A stretch of DNA of 64,000 bases, taken from positions 60,202,001 to 60,266,000 of the forward strand of contig OX597828.1 of the NCBI GenBank assembly GCA_951406725.2. The letters are read 5' to 3'. Below the pieces are notes generated by a model that saw only the letters and a list, made by a program, of their open reading frames with translations, did no database searches and was not told the origin of the DNA. Positions within the stretch are counted from its first letter, which is position 1. Every line of letters begins with the position of its first letter. This DNA is from Octopus vulgaris. Taxonomy: Eukaryota. Below, in pieces: positions 11,881 through 23,699 of this stretch. Position numbers and translations under genes: made by a program.

Positions 11881-12689
11881 TATATATATAAAAGAAATCG
11901 CCCTCTGAATCAAGAAAACCAGTGATGCATTTAGAGAAATGAAGTAGGTAGTTTATGACCTCAGAGAAGTTAGACATGCAGTGAATTTGCATATTTGCAT
12001 ATGCATCATATGGTATCTCTATTTGCAGGGAATATGAAAAAGAATGTGTCAAGAGACACATGACTGGAATGTCATAAGAATCTTCATCAAAGCACCCACT
12101 AAAAAGGCACTCATAATTTCTACATATGTAAATCCCTAGCAGGACTGAAAAGCCACATTTGTGCTTGTTATGTTTAAAACAACTCAAGTGATTGCATTAA
12201 TTGAAATCTACTTGTAACCATCATGTGTCCACACACACATATAATCATCGTTTTAATGTCCACTTGTCCATACTTACTGAATTTGTTGAAAATGACTTTC
12301 TCATGTTGGATGCCCTTCCTGTCACCAACTTCATTTGGAATATTTCCATACTGTCAGACATCTTTTCACCAAAGATTTAAAACAAAAGACATCAATTGTA
12401 TGACAGTATTATTCATTTGCAGCCATCATATGACATCAAAACAATGACACAGTTACATGCACACACACACACACTTATGTATGGCTGTATTTATGTATAT
12501 GAATGTAGTCATTTTTGAGGTTTGTGCTGAAGATGCATACCAGTGCACAGCTCACTACAGAACAGATGCTTTGGTATCTTATCTTCCATATGCACTACAT
12601 GGCCAGCCTAATGCATCTAAACAGAAAAGAAGAAGTTTGCCAATGTTCAGTGACGTAAGGACCAAAGAACTGAAGTATTTTGGATTCCA

Positions 12690-14950
12690 AGACTGTGTGT
12701 GAGAGAAACTCATGATGTCATAGACAAATGTGTCCGCATGGATGATGGTGCCCTTGCATTTAATGATTCTGCAAAGACAAAGGCTCGGAAATGCCATTAT
12801 GAAAGACTGCTGAATGTGGAGAATGAATAGGAGGAGGAGCGTCTGCCAAATGTTGACCCAACTGAGGGACCAGCTACCCGAATCAACAGTACCCTGGTAG
12901 ATAAAGCAATTAAGGATACAAAGACAGGGAAAGCCCCCAGCCCATCAGAAATCACTGCTGAGATGCTTAAAATATCTGTATTGTAAATCAGTTAGTTCAC
13001 AAAGGAGTCATACCCCAATGACTAGTATAGCAGCACTGTAGTCAACTGTTACAAAGGTAAAGGGTGATTCTTTAGATAGAAATAACTACTTGCTGAATCA
13101 GGTGATGGTCATGGAGATGTTCATAGCCCAATTAATTAGGGAGAGAATTAGCCTATATGAGATGCAGTTTGGTATTGTACCAGGTAGACACACCACTGAT
13201 GATATAGTTCTGGTAAGGCAACTGCAGGAGAAATATCTAGCCAAAGATAAACCTTTGTACTTGGCTTTTGTTGACTTGGAGAAAGCCTTTGACAGGGTCC
13301 CCCAATCCCTTACCTGGTGGTCAAGTGAAACCAGGGATAGTCAAGTGGTTGGTAAGAGCTGTACAAGCTCTGTACAAAGATGCTGTCAGTAAGGTGAGGG
13401 CTGGCAATGAGTATAGTGAAAAATTCCAGGGGTTCATCAACAATCAGTCCTCAGCCTCCTCTTATTCATCATAGTCCTCCAGGCAATAACAGAGAAATTC
13501 AAGACTGGCTGCCCTTGGGAGCTCCTCTATGCTGATGACCTTGCTCTAATAGTTGAGTAACTACCAGAACTAGAGATGAAGTTTCAAGTGTGAAAGCAAG
13601 GTCTAGAATCAAAGGGCCTTAGAGTCAATCTAACAAAAACCAAAACCCTAGTAAGTAGGAAGGCAGACAAATTACAAACTTCTTCAGGTAGATGGCCCTG
13701 CTTGATCTGTACAAAGGGGTAAGTAGAAACTCCGTAAGTTGTACCCGGTGTAAACTATGGTTGCATAAGAGGTGCAGCAATATCAAAGGAAGGTTAACCG
13801 GGAAGATAGTTTTTGTGTGTGGTAGATGCACAGGGGCAATAAATACCAAAGATGTACAGAAAACAGATTCCATCATATGCCAGGGGGTAGGGAACTACAA
13901 GTAGTTGATAGCTTCTGCTACCTAGGTGACCAAGTCTGTAGTGGGAGTAGATGCTCTGGGAGCATAGCCACTAGAATAAGAATAGCCTGGGCAAAGTTCA
14001 GAAAACTCTACCTCTGCTGGTAACAAGGGGCCTCTCGCTCAGAGTGAAAGGTAGACTGACGCATATGTGTGAACAGGCATGCTACATGGCAGTGATACCA
14101 TGGGCCATGTCTGTTGAGGACATATGTAGGCTTGAAAGAAGTGAAGCTAGTATGAATCACTGATTGTATAATGTTAGTGTGCATACACAGCAGAGTGTAA
14201 ACGCCCTCATAAGACATAAGAAACATCAGATGTGATGTGCAAGAGAGATGACTGCACTGTTATGGTCATGTGCTGCGTATGGAAGAGGAGAGCTGTCTGA
14301 AGAAGTGCCACACCCTAACAGTGGAAGGAACCTGTGGAAGAGGTAGACCCAGGAAGACATGGAATGAGGTGGTGATGCACAACCTTCAAACATTGGGCCT
14401 CACAGAGGCAATGACAAGAGATTGAGACCTTTAGAGATATACTGTGCTTGAGAGGCCCTGGCAAGTAAAGTGAGATCACAGCCATAGCTGATACCAGTGT
14501 TGCATAAACAGCCCATTTAAAAGTACCCTTGAATCGTTAGGCGATATGCTGTGTTTGAGAAGACCTATTGAGTCAAGTAAAGTCGAAAATTAAATTGGAA
14601 ATTGTAGTTGTGGCCAATGCCAGTGCCACCTGACTGACACCTATGATAAGCACCATTCAAGCATGGGTCAATGCCAGTGCTGCTTGACTGGCTCCTGTGC
14701 CAGCGACGTGTAAAAAACGCCATCTGAACATGGTCGATTGCCAGTGCTACCTGACTGGCTCCCATCCCGGTGGCATGTAAAAAGTACCCACTACATTCTC
14801 AGAGTGTTTGGCATTTGGAAGGGCATCCAGCTGTATAATTAATGCCAGATCAGATTGGAGCCTTGCGCAGCCTCCTGGCTTGCCAGTCCTCAGTCAAACT
14901 GTCCAACCCATGCCAGCATGGAAAACATACATTAAACGATGATGTGGAGG
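12690..14950 (+). mobile_element. RTE-clade LINE, 5'-truncated, decayed (RT, Cys-rich insert, 3' UTR)
   Basis: QFGIVPGRHTTDD, RQLQEKYL, LAFVDLEKAFDRVP, LLYADDL, VDSFCYLG, EGTCGRGRPRKTW; (GAT)n tail. Confidence 0.92.
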
Positions 14951-15358
14951 AGGAGGATGATGATGATTGCTGGATAGTTACTGGGTTGGATGTGGTGCTG
15001 AAGAAGGAGCAATAACTATTAAAGCAAGGTCATCAGCATAGAGGAGCTCCCAGGGGCAGCTTATCTTGAATTACTCTGTTATTGCCTGGAGGACTATGAT
15101 GAATAGGAGTTATATACATCCATTATCTATTTTTCTATCTTCAGTTGCATTGTTTACATGGATATATTTGTATACAAAACATTGTAACTTTCAAGTTTGG
15201 ATCTAAAAATTATCTAGAAGATAACTTAAAAGTCATTGAATCACATTACTAACACAAAAGTAGAACAGTATTGACTTATAAACCTTTAATATGCTTGGTA
15301 GTGTATTAGGGTGGGGAAAGCCAAATACGATGTCCCTACCAGTAATTAATATACATAT

Positions 15359-15445
15359 AGGTACAGGCATGACTGTGTGATAAGAAGATTGCCTTTCAAC
15401 CACATAGTTCCAGGTTCAGTCCCACTGCATTGCACCTTGGGCATT
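15359..15445 (+). mobile_element. tRNA-derived SINE head fragment
   Basis: ggtacaggcatgactgtgtgataagaag..ggttcagtcccactgcattgcaccttgggca; same family as 34168 and 42537. Confidence 0.7.
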
Positions 15446-15900
15446 GATCAATCCAAAACTATCTGAATTATTTTATGAATTTCTGTCAGTCTACATCTTC
15501 GCTTTCAACATGTGTGTATTATAAGGTGATAATTTGGAGTGGTTGGACAATTTAGCATCTATTTTCAGTGTATAGGCATAGTCCCCTCTGTACCTTTAAT
15601 TATAATTGTATTTTATACTATTATAAATCTCTATATATGAATTTACCTAAATAGGTCTATTTTATATGCTGGCCACTGATGAAATTTTAAACTATTTTAT
15701 CCTTTAATCATAATTGAATATATATATCATCATCATCATTTAATGTCCGCCTTCCATGCTGGCATGGATTGGATGGTTTGACAGGCAGAAGACTGCACCT
15801 GATGTCTGTATCTGTAATAACCTCGTGCTTGGGCAGTAGTTAGTCATGGTCTTCCTCAGTTACAAGTGGACAGCCATCATCATTTCTCTGTGTGTGTATG

Positions 15901-15956
<56 letters not shown>

Positions 15957-16123
15957 ATATTAATGTTTGTTTTTATGGTATAATAAAAACAATTTTACAT
16001 TAAAATTAAGGATTACCCAATACATGTGGTAGAGTATGAATTTGTTTTTTGACAATAATAATATTGACTGTGACTTCAAAGTTTAAGCTGGCTAACATAG
16101 CAGACTTTATGTATGTGCACATG

Positions 16124-16154
<31 letters not shown>

Positions 16155-17204
16155 GTATATATGTATATCAGGGGCGTGCACTCTCAGGTATGCAAGGTAT
16201 GCGTTGCATGCCCTGTGATTTTTTTATCCATATGATCGGAAAATTAAATAAAATAGTTACTTTGTTTCAAAGAAAATCCGTCCAGTTGTATTTTTCTCCC
16301 CTTCTCTCTCAGTGACTCTACTTCTGCTTTTAGAAGTCATGCATTGACAAGACCAGCATGTCAGACACTCCCTCTCTGTCTCAGTTTGTCCTTCCTTCCT
16401 CTCTCTCTCACTCTTAGCGACTTGTTTAAAAGACATGCTAAGGGGATAGGGCATTTGAAATATTTTTACCCCCTTCCTCTTTCTCTTAGTGGCTATGCTG
16501 TGGGAAGACCCGCATGACCTCCCTCTCTGTCTCTTACTTTGTCCCTCCTTCCTCTCTCTCTCTTAGTGAATTGATAAAACAGATGCTAGGAGGAAAGGTC
16601 GTTCATAATATTTTGTACCCCCTTCCTCTTTCTCTCAGTGGCATGTCATGCTATGAGCTGATACCCACTTTCTGTATCTTTCTGTTTTGTTGAAATTGAC
16701 TTACAATTTACGCCGGCGCTTCCACGTGTGTTCGTATATAAGAACAGCCTTTTACGAAATGAGTGAAATGTGTGTTATAAACGATATTTTGAGAAATAGT
16801 TTTTCGAAAGGAGAATTCGATGGAAAATAATTAATTATATCGGTGGGAGACCAACACCGAAAAGGGCTAATGCATTAGATAACATTGTTAAAAAAAAGAT
16901 TTCCGAAGGAAACAGCCTCACGGCTTATTATTACCACAAAGGAAAATTATCATTTCATAATCAGCCTTTTTGAGCACATCATTGAAAATCCTGAAGCATG
17001 GGATGATACCACCATAAATTCAGCAATTGGATTCTTACAAACTTTAAAAGTCCTGATTTCTTATTTTTGTTAGAAGTATTCAGTGAGATTTTTCTTTTTT
17101 CATATTTAACATCCTCCAGAGTAAAAGTCATGACATAGTGTATTGTAAAGATCAAATAGATAAAACTAGAACTGTACTCGAAAACAAACTTGATAATTTT
17201 TCAA

Positions 17205-17522
17205 TCTCTTTTACTTGTTTCAGTCATTTGACTGCGGCCATGCTCGAGCACCGCCTTTAATCGAGCAACTCGACCCCGGGACTTATTCTAACGGTCTATT
17301 TTGCCGAACCGCTAAGTAACGGGGACATAAACACACCAGCATCGGTTGCCAAGCAATGCTAGGGGGACAAACACAGACGCACAAACACACACTCATATAT
17401 ATACATATATACCACGGGCTTCTTTCAGTTTCCGTCTACCAAATCCACTCACAAGGCTTTGGTCGGCCCGAGACTATAGTAGAAGACCCTTGCCCAAGGT
17501 GTCATGCAGTGGAACTGAACCC
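17205..17522 (-). mobile_element. Young tRNA-derived SINE nested in the hAT element
   Basis: Reverse complement of the ggttcagttccactgcatgacaccttgggcaag..gtagacggaaactgaaagaagcccgt..aagtaaaagag family; CpGs retained. Confidence 0.85.
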
Positions 17523-17740
17523 GGGGGAAAAATATGGAGTCGATGTAGGAATCGGAATTCAGAGATCCAAGAATATATCTATTGAGCCCCAACGACATTA
17601 TAAAATGCTTTATAACAAAATTATCAGTACAATAGTTGACCAAATTACAGCACGATATTCATCCTTAGAAGAGTTTAAATTCATGGAACTTTCGAATTTC
17701 AACAAATTTGATGAGTATTGCAAACAATTTAAAAATCATG

Positions 17741-17970
17741 GGTACTATTTAAGAAGAGTGGTCCCGGTGCATCCACACCAGCTAGTCGTGACTAGTCGAT
17801 CCTTACTTTGTGTTTTATTTATTTTGTTTAAAACATTATTTACTTTGTGTTTTTGTGTTTTATATATTTTGTTTAAAAAATTTATTTACTTTGCTAGATA
17901 GTCGTAGGATCGACTAGCCAGCGCGGATGCGCGAGCACGCGCAACGGGACCACTCTTCTTAAATAGTACC
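17741..17970. mobile_element. MITE nested in the hAT element
   Basis: TIRs ggtactatttaagaagagtggtcccg / cgggaccactcttcttaaatagtacc, plus an inner IR ctagtcgatcc / ggatcgactag. Confidence 0.8.
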
Positions 17971-18200
17971 AGGGCGACGTTTTTTTTTTATTCTAGGTCA
18001 TACGGGGTTGATTGCATATTCAGAATCTCCCATATGTAAATCGCAGGAATTCGAAAATTTTTTTTACTGAAAAATTGCCCGGGGGTGGGGGTGGAAGAAA
18101 TTCATTGCATGCCCAGCCCGGAAGTCACCGCACGCCACTGATGTATATATACACTCATATATATATATACACATACATATATGTATGTATATATATATAT

Positions 18201-18610
18201 ATCATCATCATCATCATCATTTAACGTCCGCTTTCCATGCTAGCATGGGTTGGACGGTTCCAATGGGGTCTGAGGAGCCCGAAGGCTGCACCAGGCCAGT
18301 CAGATCTGGCAGTGTTTCTACAGCTGGATGCCCTTCCTAACGCCAACCACTCCGAGAGTGTAGTGGGTGATTTTATGTGCCACCGACACAGTGCCAGACG
18401 AGGCTGGCAGACGGCCACGCTCGGATGGTGTTTTTATGTGCCACCGACACAGGTGCCAGATGAGGCTGGCGAACGGCCATGATCGGATGGTGTTTGTTAC
18501 GTGCCCACAGCACGGAGGCCAGTCGATGCGGTACTGGCTACGGCCACGTTCAGATGGTTTTCTTGTATGCCACCGGCACTGGTACCACAAAGATACAAAT
18601 TCCATTGATA
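18201..18610 (-). mobile_element. RTE LINE 3' UTR fragment
   Basis: (ATC)n head then reverse complement of the 8520-9000 3' UTR. Confidence 0.9.
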
Positions 18611-18734
18611 TATATATTTATTAATAGATAAGTGTATTTTTACCTTGTTAACAATATTAATAGCGTTCTGTCTATTGCTATACAAATCCATCATTTTTTG
18701 CTAAAATGTCTTATTGACGAGTTTCGTTTTTTTC

Positions 18735-18820
18735 ACTTTCCTGAGGAGAAGATTGCATTGTTTATACCATTTATTCTTTTGAATAGTATCAGTGGAATTT
18801 TCGAAACATGTGTCGAAAGT
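18735..18820 (+). ncRNA. Type-I hammerhead ribozyme with extended stem II
   Basis: ACTTTC-CTGAGGA-gaagatt.cattg..tattc tttt gaata..cagtg.aattttc-GAAA-C-ATGT-G-TC-GAAAGT: 6-bp stem I, intact core, GUC site at 18812-18814. Confidence 0.8.
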
Positions 18821-18960
18821 AAAAATATTTGATTACACCTGCGTTAACTCCATTTTTTTATTCATATATATATATTTATTATAATATATATAATTGTTAT
18901 GTTTTGGTTTATGTTTTTCATTGTTATAGTGGTTTTATCTCTAATTTAAATTATATATAT

Positions 18961-20504
18961 ATCATCATCATCATCGTTTAACGTCCGCTTTCCATGCTAG
19001 CATGGGTTGGACGGTTCAACTGGGGTCTGGCAAGCCCAAAGGCTACACCAGGCCAGTCGGCAGAGTTTCTACAGCTGGATGCCCTTCCTAACGCCAACCA
19101 CTCCGTGAGCATAGTGGGTGCTTTTTATGCGCCACCGACACAGGTGCCAGATGAGGCTGGCGAACGGCCACGCTCGGATGTTGTTATTTTGTGCCACCGA
19201 CACAGGTGCCAGACGAAGCTGCCGAACGGCCACGCTCGGATGGTGTTTTTTACGTGCCACTGGCACAGAGGCCAGGCGAGGCTGGCACGGCCACGATCGG
19301 ATGGTGTTTGTTACGTGCCCACAGCACGGAGGCCAGTCGATGCGGTACTGGCTACAGCCACATTCGAATGGTTTTCTTATGTGCCACCGGCACTGGTACC
19401 ACAAAAATACAAATTCCATTGATGTTCATCGATTTTGATTTGATTTGATTTTCACTTGCCTCAACAGGACTTCACAAGTAGAGTTATGTGTCCCAAGAAG
19501 GAAGGTATGCACAGATGGACTGACTACGTCCCAGGTAGGGGCCATGGGTTATGGCCTCACGTGTCCTGCCGGGTCTTCTCGCGCACAGCATACTTCCAAA
19601 GGTCTCGGTCTCTGGTCATTTCCTCGGTGAGACCTAAAGCACGAAGGTCGTTCTTCACCACCTCATCCCAGGTTTTCCTGAGTCTACCTCTTCTACAGGT
19701 TCCCTCAACCGCTAGGGTGTGGCACTTTTTCACACAACTATCTTCATCCATTCTTACTACGTCTCCATACCAGCGTAGACGCCTCTCTTGCACACCACAT
19801 ATGATGCTTCTTAGGTTCAACTTTTCTCTCAAGGCACTTACACACTGTCGGGTATGAACACTGACATTACACATCCAATGGAGCATACTGGCTTCATTTC
19901 TTGCGAGCTTACGCATATCCTCAGCAGTCACGGCCCATGTTTCACTGCCATGTAGCATGGCTGTTCGCACACATGCGTCATACAGTCTGCCTTTTACTCT
20001 GAGCGAGAGGCCTTTTGTCACCAGCAGAGGTAAGAGCTCTCTGAACTTTGCCCAGGCTATTCTTACTCTAGCAGTTACACTTTCGGTACACCCACCTGCT
20101 TTATACTGACTCGGTCACCTAGGTAACGGAAACTATCAACTATTTCAAGTTTTTCTCCCTGGAATGTGGCGGAAGATGGTCTCTGCGCATTTTCAGTCTT
20201 TATTGAACCAGAGCATCTGCCACATACAAAAACTATCTTCCTAGTTAGCCTTCCTTTGACATTGCTGCACCTCTTATGTGTCCATAGCTTACACTTGGTG
20301 CATCTTATAGAGTTCCTACCTACGCCTTTTCTACAGATCAAGCAGGGCCATCTACCTGAAGGTATTCGAGATTTGTCTACCTTCCTACTTATTAGGACTT
20401 TGGTTTTAGCTAGATTGACTCTAAGGCCCTTCGATTCTAATCCTTGCTTCCACGCCTGAAACTTCACCTCGAGTTCTAATAGTGATTCAGCAATTTGAGC
20501 AAGG

Positions 20505-20505
<1 letters not shown>
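18961..20505 (-). mobile_element. Young RTE LINE, 5'-truncated
   Basis: Minus ORFs 20075-20560 and 19557-20021 (WKQGLESKGLRVNLAKTKV, Cys-rich insert, VDSFRYLG, MLHGSETW, LRWYG, GRLRKTW); 3' UTR tandem units and (GAT)n. Confidence 0.93.
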
Positions 20506-20555
<50 letters not shown>

Positions 20556-20581
20556 TACATACATATATTATATATATATAA

Positions 20582-20627
<46 letters not shown>

Positions 20628-20775
20628 CAAAAAGCAATAAAGATTCAAGTTAATTTAAATGAATTTACTTGAATATGGTACCTAACTTAGATGCACCAAA
20701 AAAACTATACTGATTTAACAATACAGTAATGTGGGGTGATTATAAGCGAGAATGAAGCAACAAGAATGGATAGGT

Positions 20776-20866
20776 TTTTAGTACGATCGTTTCATACAAG
20801 GACAGGTTTTATTAAAAGTTGCAAAAATTACAGCATATAAACATGTCCCGTACTCATCAGCTAAAA
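20776..20866 (-). ncRNA. Type-I hammerhead ribozyme (left arm, antisense to SHOC2)
   Basis: Exact reverse complement of 21438-21528. Confidence 0.85.
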
Positions 20867-21437
20867 TACATGTGAGTTCTCTAGACATCCTAGTGGTTGA
20901 GGCTAGTGGTGAAATCAAATAGCTACAGCCTCTTGTAAATAGCAGTAATCTGATTAATGTGACAAATACCTATTCATATAGCAAGATTTGATACCTACCT
21001 CATTGTGTTCAACCATTGATAAATTTATCGCCGGTGAATATGAAATTCCTTGAAATTTACACCTACACCATTGGAAATTGTGCATCTATACAAAGGATTA
21101 ACTCACCCTCTCTGTAATGCTAATAAGCAGGAATTGAAACCCACCTCGTTATAATTGACAATGGATAAATTTGCTTTCTGTGAGTATGTAACCCCTCATC
21201 ATATCTCTGGAAATTCATATGTGCACTGTGGATCGGGTCACCTTCTCTGTGATGCTATTAAGACTTTTTTGAAATTCTGTGATGCTATTAAGACTTTTTT
21301 GAAATTCTGTAATAAGACTGTAAATCATCTTTAAGGAACTTTAATGAACTTTTGAAATCTGTTTATGTTATTTAATTATCTACATTACTTCATGAGTATA
21401 GCCTCAACCACTAGGATGTCTAGAGAACTCACATGTA

Positions 21438-21528
21438 TTTTAGCTGATGAGTACGGGACATGTTTATATGCTGTAATTTTTGCAACTTTTAATAAAACCT
21501 GTCCTTGTATGAAACGATCGTACTAAAA
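21438..21528 (+). ncRNA. Type-I hammerhead ribozyme (right arm, sense to SHOC2 pre-mRNA)
   Basis: TTTTAG-CTGATGA-gtacgggaca..tgtccttgtat-GAAA-C-GATC-G-TA-CTAAAA: 6-bp stem I, canonical core, long stem II, palindromic GATC loop III, predicted cleavage after A21522. Confidence 0.88.
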
Positions 21529-21802
21529 ACCTATCCATTCTTGTTGCTTCATTCTCGCGTATATATATATATATATATATATCAACACACACACGCATAT
21601 ATATACCAGAGTAAGACCTTAAATGTGAAACAAAGTGGGAAAAAAAGTACTCTAGAGGTAGAGTAATATGCTTTATAAATAAAGCTGCAAATATATCACA
21701 AAGCCTGTTTCATGATCCCATTCTTAAAGAACAGGAATGTGAAATTCTGAGTAACAGTTTTATGTTATGTCTTTGCAATTTTGTTAATAAAGTGTGTGTG
21801 TG

Positions 21803-21844
<42 letters not shown>

Positions 21845-21846
21845 TG

Positions 21847-22185
21847 TATATTATATAGAGGGCATTACTATACAGAAATGCTACACGCTAGGAGGGACTC
21901 TTAAAATTAAAACTACCAAAAGAAATAAACACATTGTATCAAATGCGAGGGAATGCAACTCTCGAAGTGAGCCTTTTAAAAACAGAATTCAGCTGCAAAT
22001 CACATGATTTCATAATTAGTGCAGAAATGCACTTTTTTATCGTCAATGCAAGCATAATTCAAGATTATAAAGAATGCACAAAAATCAACATACCAAATGA
22101 ACACCCAATGTATCCAGCATAGCATATAGAAATGTTCAACTTTTATACATCTATTTATGTATAGTAATGCCCTCTATATAATATA
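21847..22185. repeat. Segment bounded by a 28-bp perfect inverted repeat
   Basis: tatattatatagagggcattactataca (21847-21874) / tgtatagtaatgccctctatataatata (22158-22185). Confidence 0.7.
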
Positions 22186-22329
22186 AATAAATATATTTAA
22201 GAGAAAAATTGTCAGTTCTTTCTCTTATGAGGTTTCTCACGCTAACTACTTGATAAATTTTTATAAAGATTTTATCCTATTTTAAAATTTATATGTATAT
22301 ATGTACACACACACATATGTACATATATT

Positions 22330-23650
22330 GTCATCATTATCATCATCATCATCATCATCATTTAACAGCATTTTTCATGCTGGCATAGGTTGGACAGTTT
22401 GATAGGTGCTGGTTAGATAAAAGGCTATGCTAAGTGCTACTGTCTACTTTGGCATGATTTCTACTGGTAGATGCCCATCTTAACACCACTCCTTTACAGA
22501 GTGCATTGGGTGTGTTTTACATGGCACCAGCAAAATCACCAAGTAACTTGCAAGACAAAAGATCCGTCCACTGGAAATGGGAGGAGTATTGTGCCAGGTG
22601 ATGAGAGGTTAAACCTGTGGAGGAAATATGTGGCTGTTCCAGTCAGAGAGAGAGAAAGAAAATGGTAGTGAAGGTGTGCCAAGGTGTACTCTCAAGATAC
22701 AAGGAGGTGAATGTAAGTGAAGTGGTACACAGGACTAGACAAGGTGAGTCAACAGGGAGTTCATAAGAGTGGAAGAGAAGGAAGGACAAGGGGGAGAAGG
22801 GGATGAAGTTAGTGGTGAACATAGAGCAATGATTCAGTTGGCAGGGAGAGGATGGGTGAGAGAGAGATGACAAAGTGGCACTGGGGAGCAGGGAAGTAAG
22901 AGAGATTGTAGTGCAAAATGAGATGATTGGTTCATTGGAAAGAGAATGAATGTAATTTGTGGATGGAGAACACCTAATACACAGCACTTCGCTGTTTCAA
23001 GTGATTGGTACTTCTTTACACAGCACTTTATTGTACAGCCATTGGGACAACCAGCTTCATTCCTCTCTAGTCTTAGCATGTCCTCTGTATTCAGGGTGCA
23101 CATTTCACTATCATGGAGCATAGATGTTTGTACATAAGCATCATACAATTTGCCTTTTACTCTGACAGAGAAATTTTCTGTTGCCATCAGAGATAATATC
23201 GTTGAACTGTCTCCATCCTATTTTCATTCCAGCAACTATACTTTCAGAACATCCTCCTCCACTGCCAATTTAGTCACTTTATAACAGAAGCTATCTACAA
23301 CCTCAAGGAAACTTGTTTGCATTTGAGAAAATCTAATTCTTGTGTCAATATTATCTATTGTTCATGTGCATCTGCTACAGGATTGGGAAGTGGGAGAAAA
23401 CCAGAGTGTATGAAGAGGAAATGTGAGGAAGAGAAGAGATGTAGTTTGGGTTCTTGGGGTAGGGTGTGTAAAAATGTTGTTGTTACATGGGGATGGAACA
23501 ACACTTCTAGAACTCAATTTTGCTGATGTGAGCAGGTCTTCTCTAAGACTCATATCGCCAGACATTTCGGTCCATTGTCATTTCCTCCATGAGCTCCAAC
23601 ATCATGAGATCAGTCCTCACCACTTAATCCCATGTCTTTCTGGGTTTCTC
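22330..23650 (-). mobile_element. Old RTE LINE fragments (RT end plus 3' UTR)
   Basis: Minus ORF 22834-23187 RVKGKLYDAYVQTSMLHDSE..EDMLRLERNEA; (ATC)n at 22330; second ORF-end/UTR piece at 23380-23650. Confidence 0.75.
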
Positions 23651-23658
23651 TCTTTCAC

Positions 23659-23694
<36 letters not shown>

Positions 23695-23699
23695 ACATA

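Larger units (their letters stand above)
16169..18140 (+). mobile_element. hAT-superfamily non-autonomous/deleted element with intact ends
   Basis: TIRs CAGGGGCGTGC / GCACGCCACTG; identical 8-bp flanks ATGTATAT at 16161-16168 and 18141-18148 (TSD, although in TA-rich context); transposase remnants; internal ~150-bp tandem repeats at 16290-16650. Confidence 0.85.
20746..21558. mobile_element. Element bounded by perfect 160-bp inverted repeats, each carrying a hammerhead (inverted pLTR / retrozyme-like)
   Basis: 20746-20905 is the reverse complement of 21399-21558 with no mismatch seen; about 490-bp spacer with a ~30-bp direct duplication at 21246-21310; embedded in (TA)n. Confidence 0.85.

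Noticed and set aside
15670-15720. Isolated CTGATGA (also at 42485)
   Set aside because: No downstream stem II-GAAA-stem III.
21720-21762. Plus-strand copy of the 2632 hammerhead family
   Set aside because: CTGANGA core and 5' stem I are destroyed.
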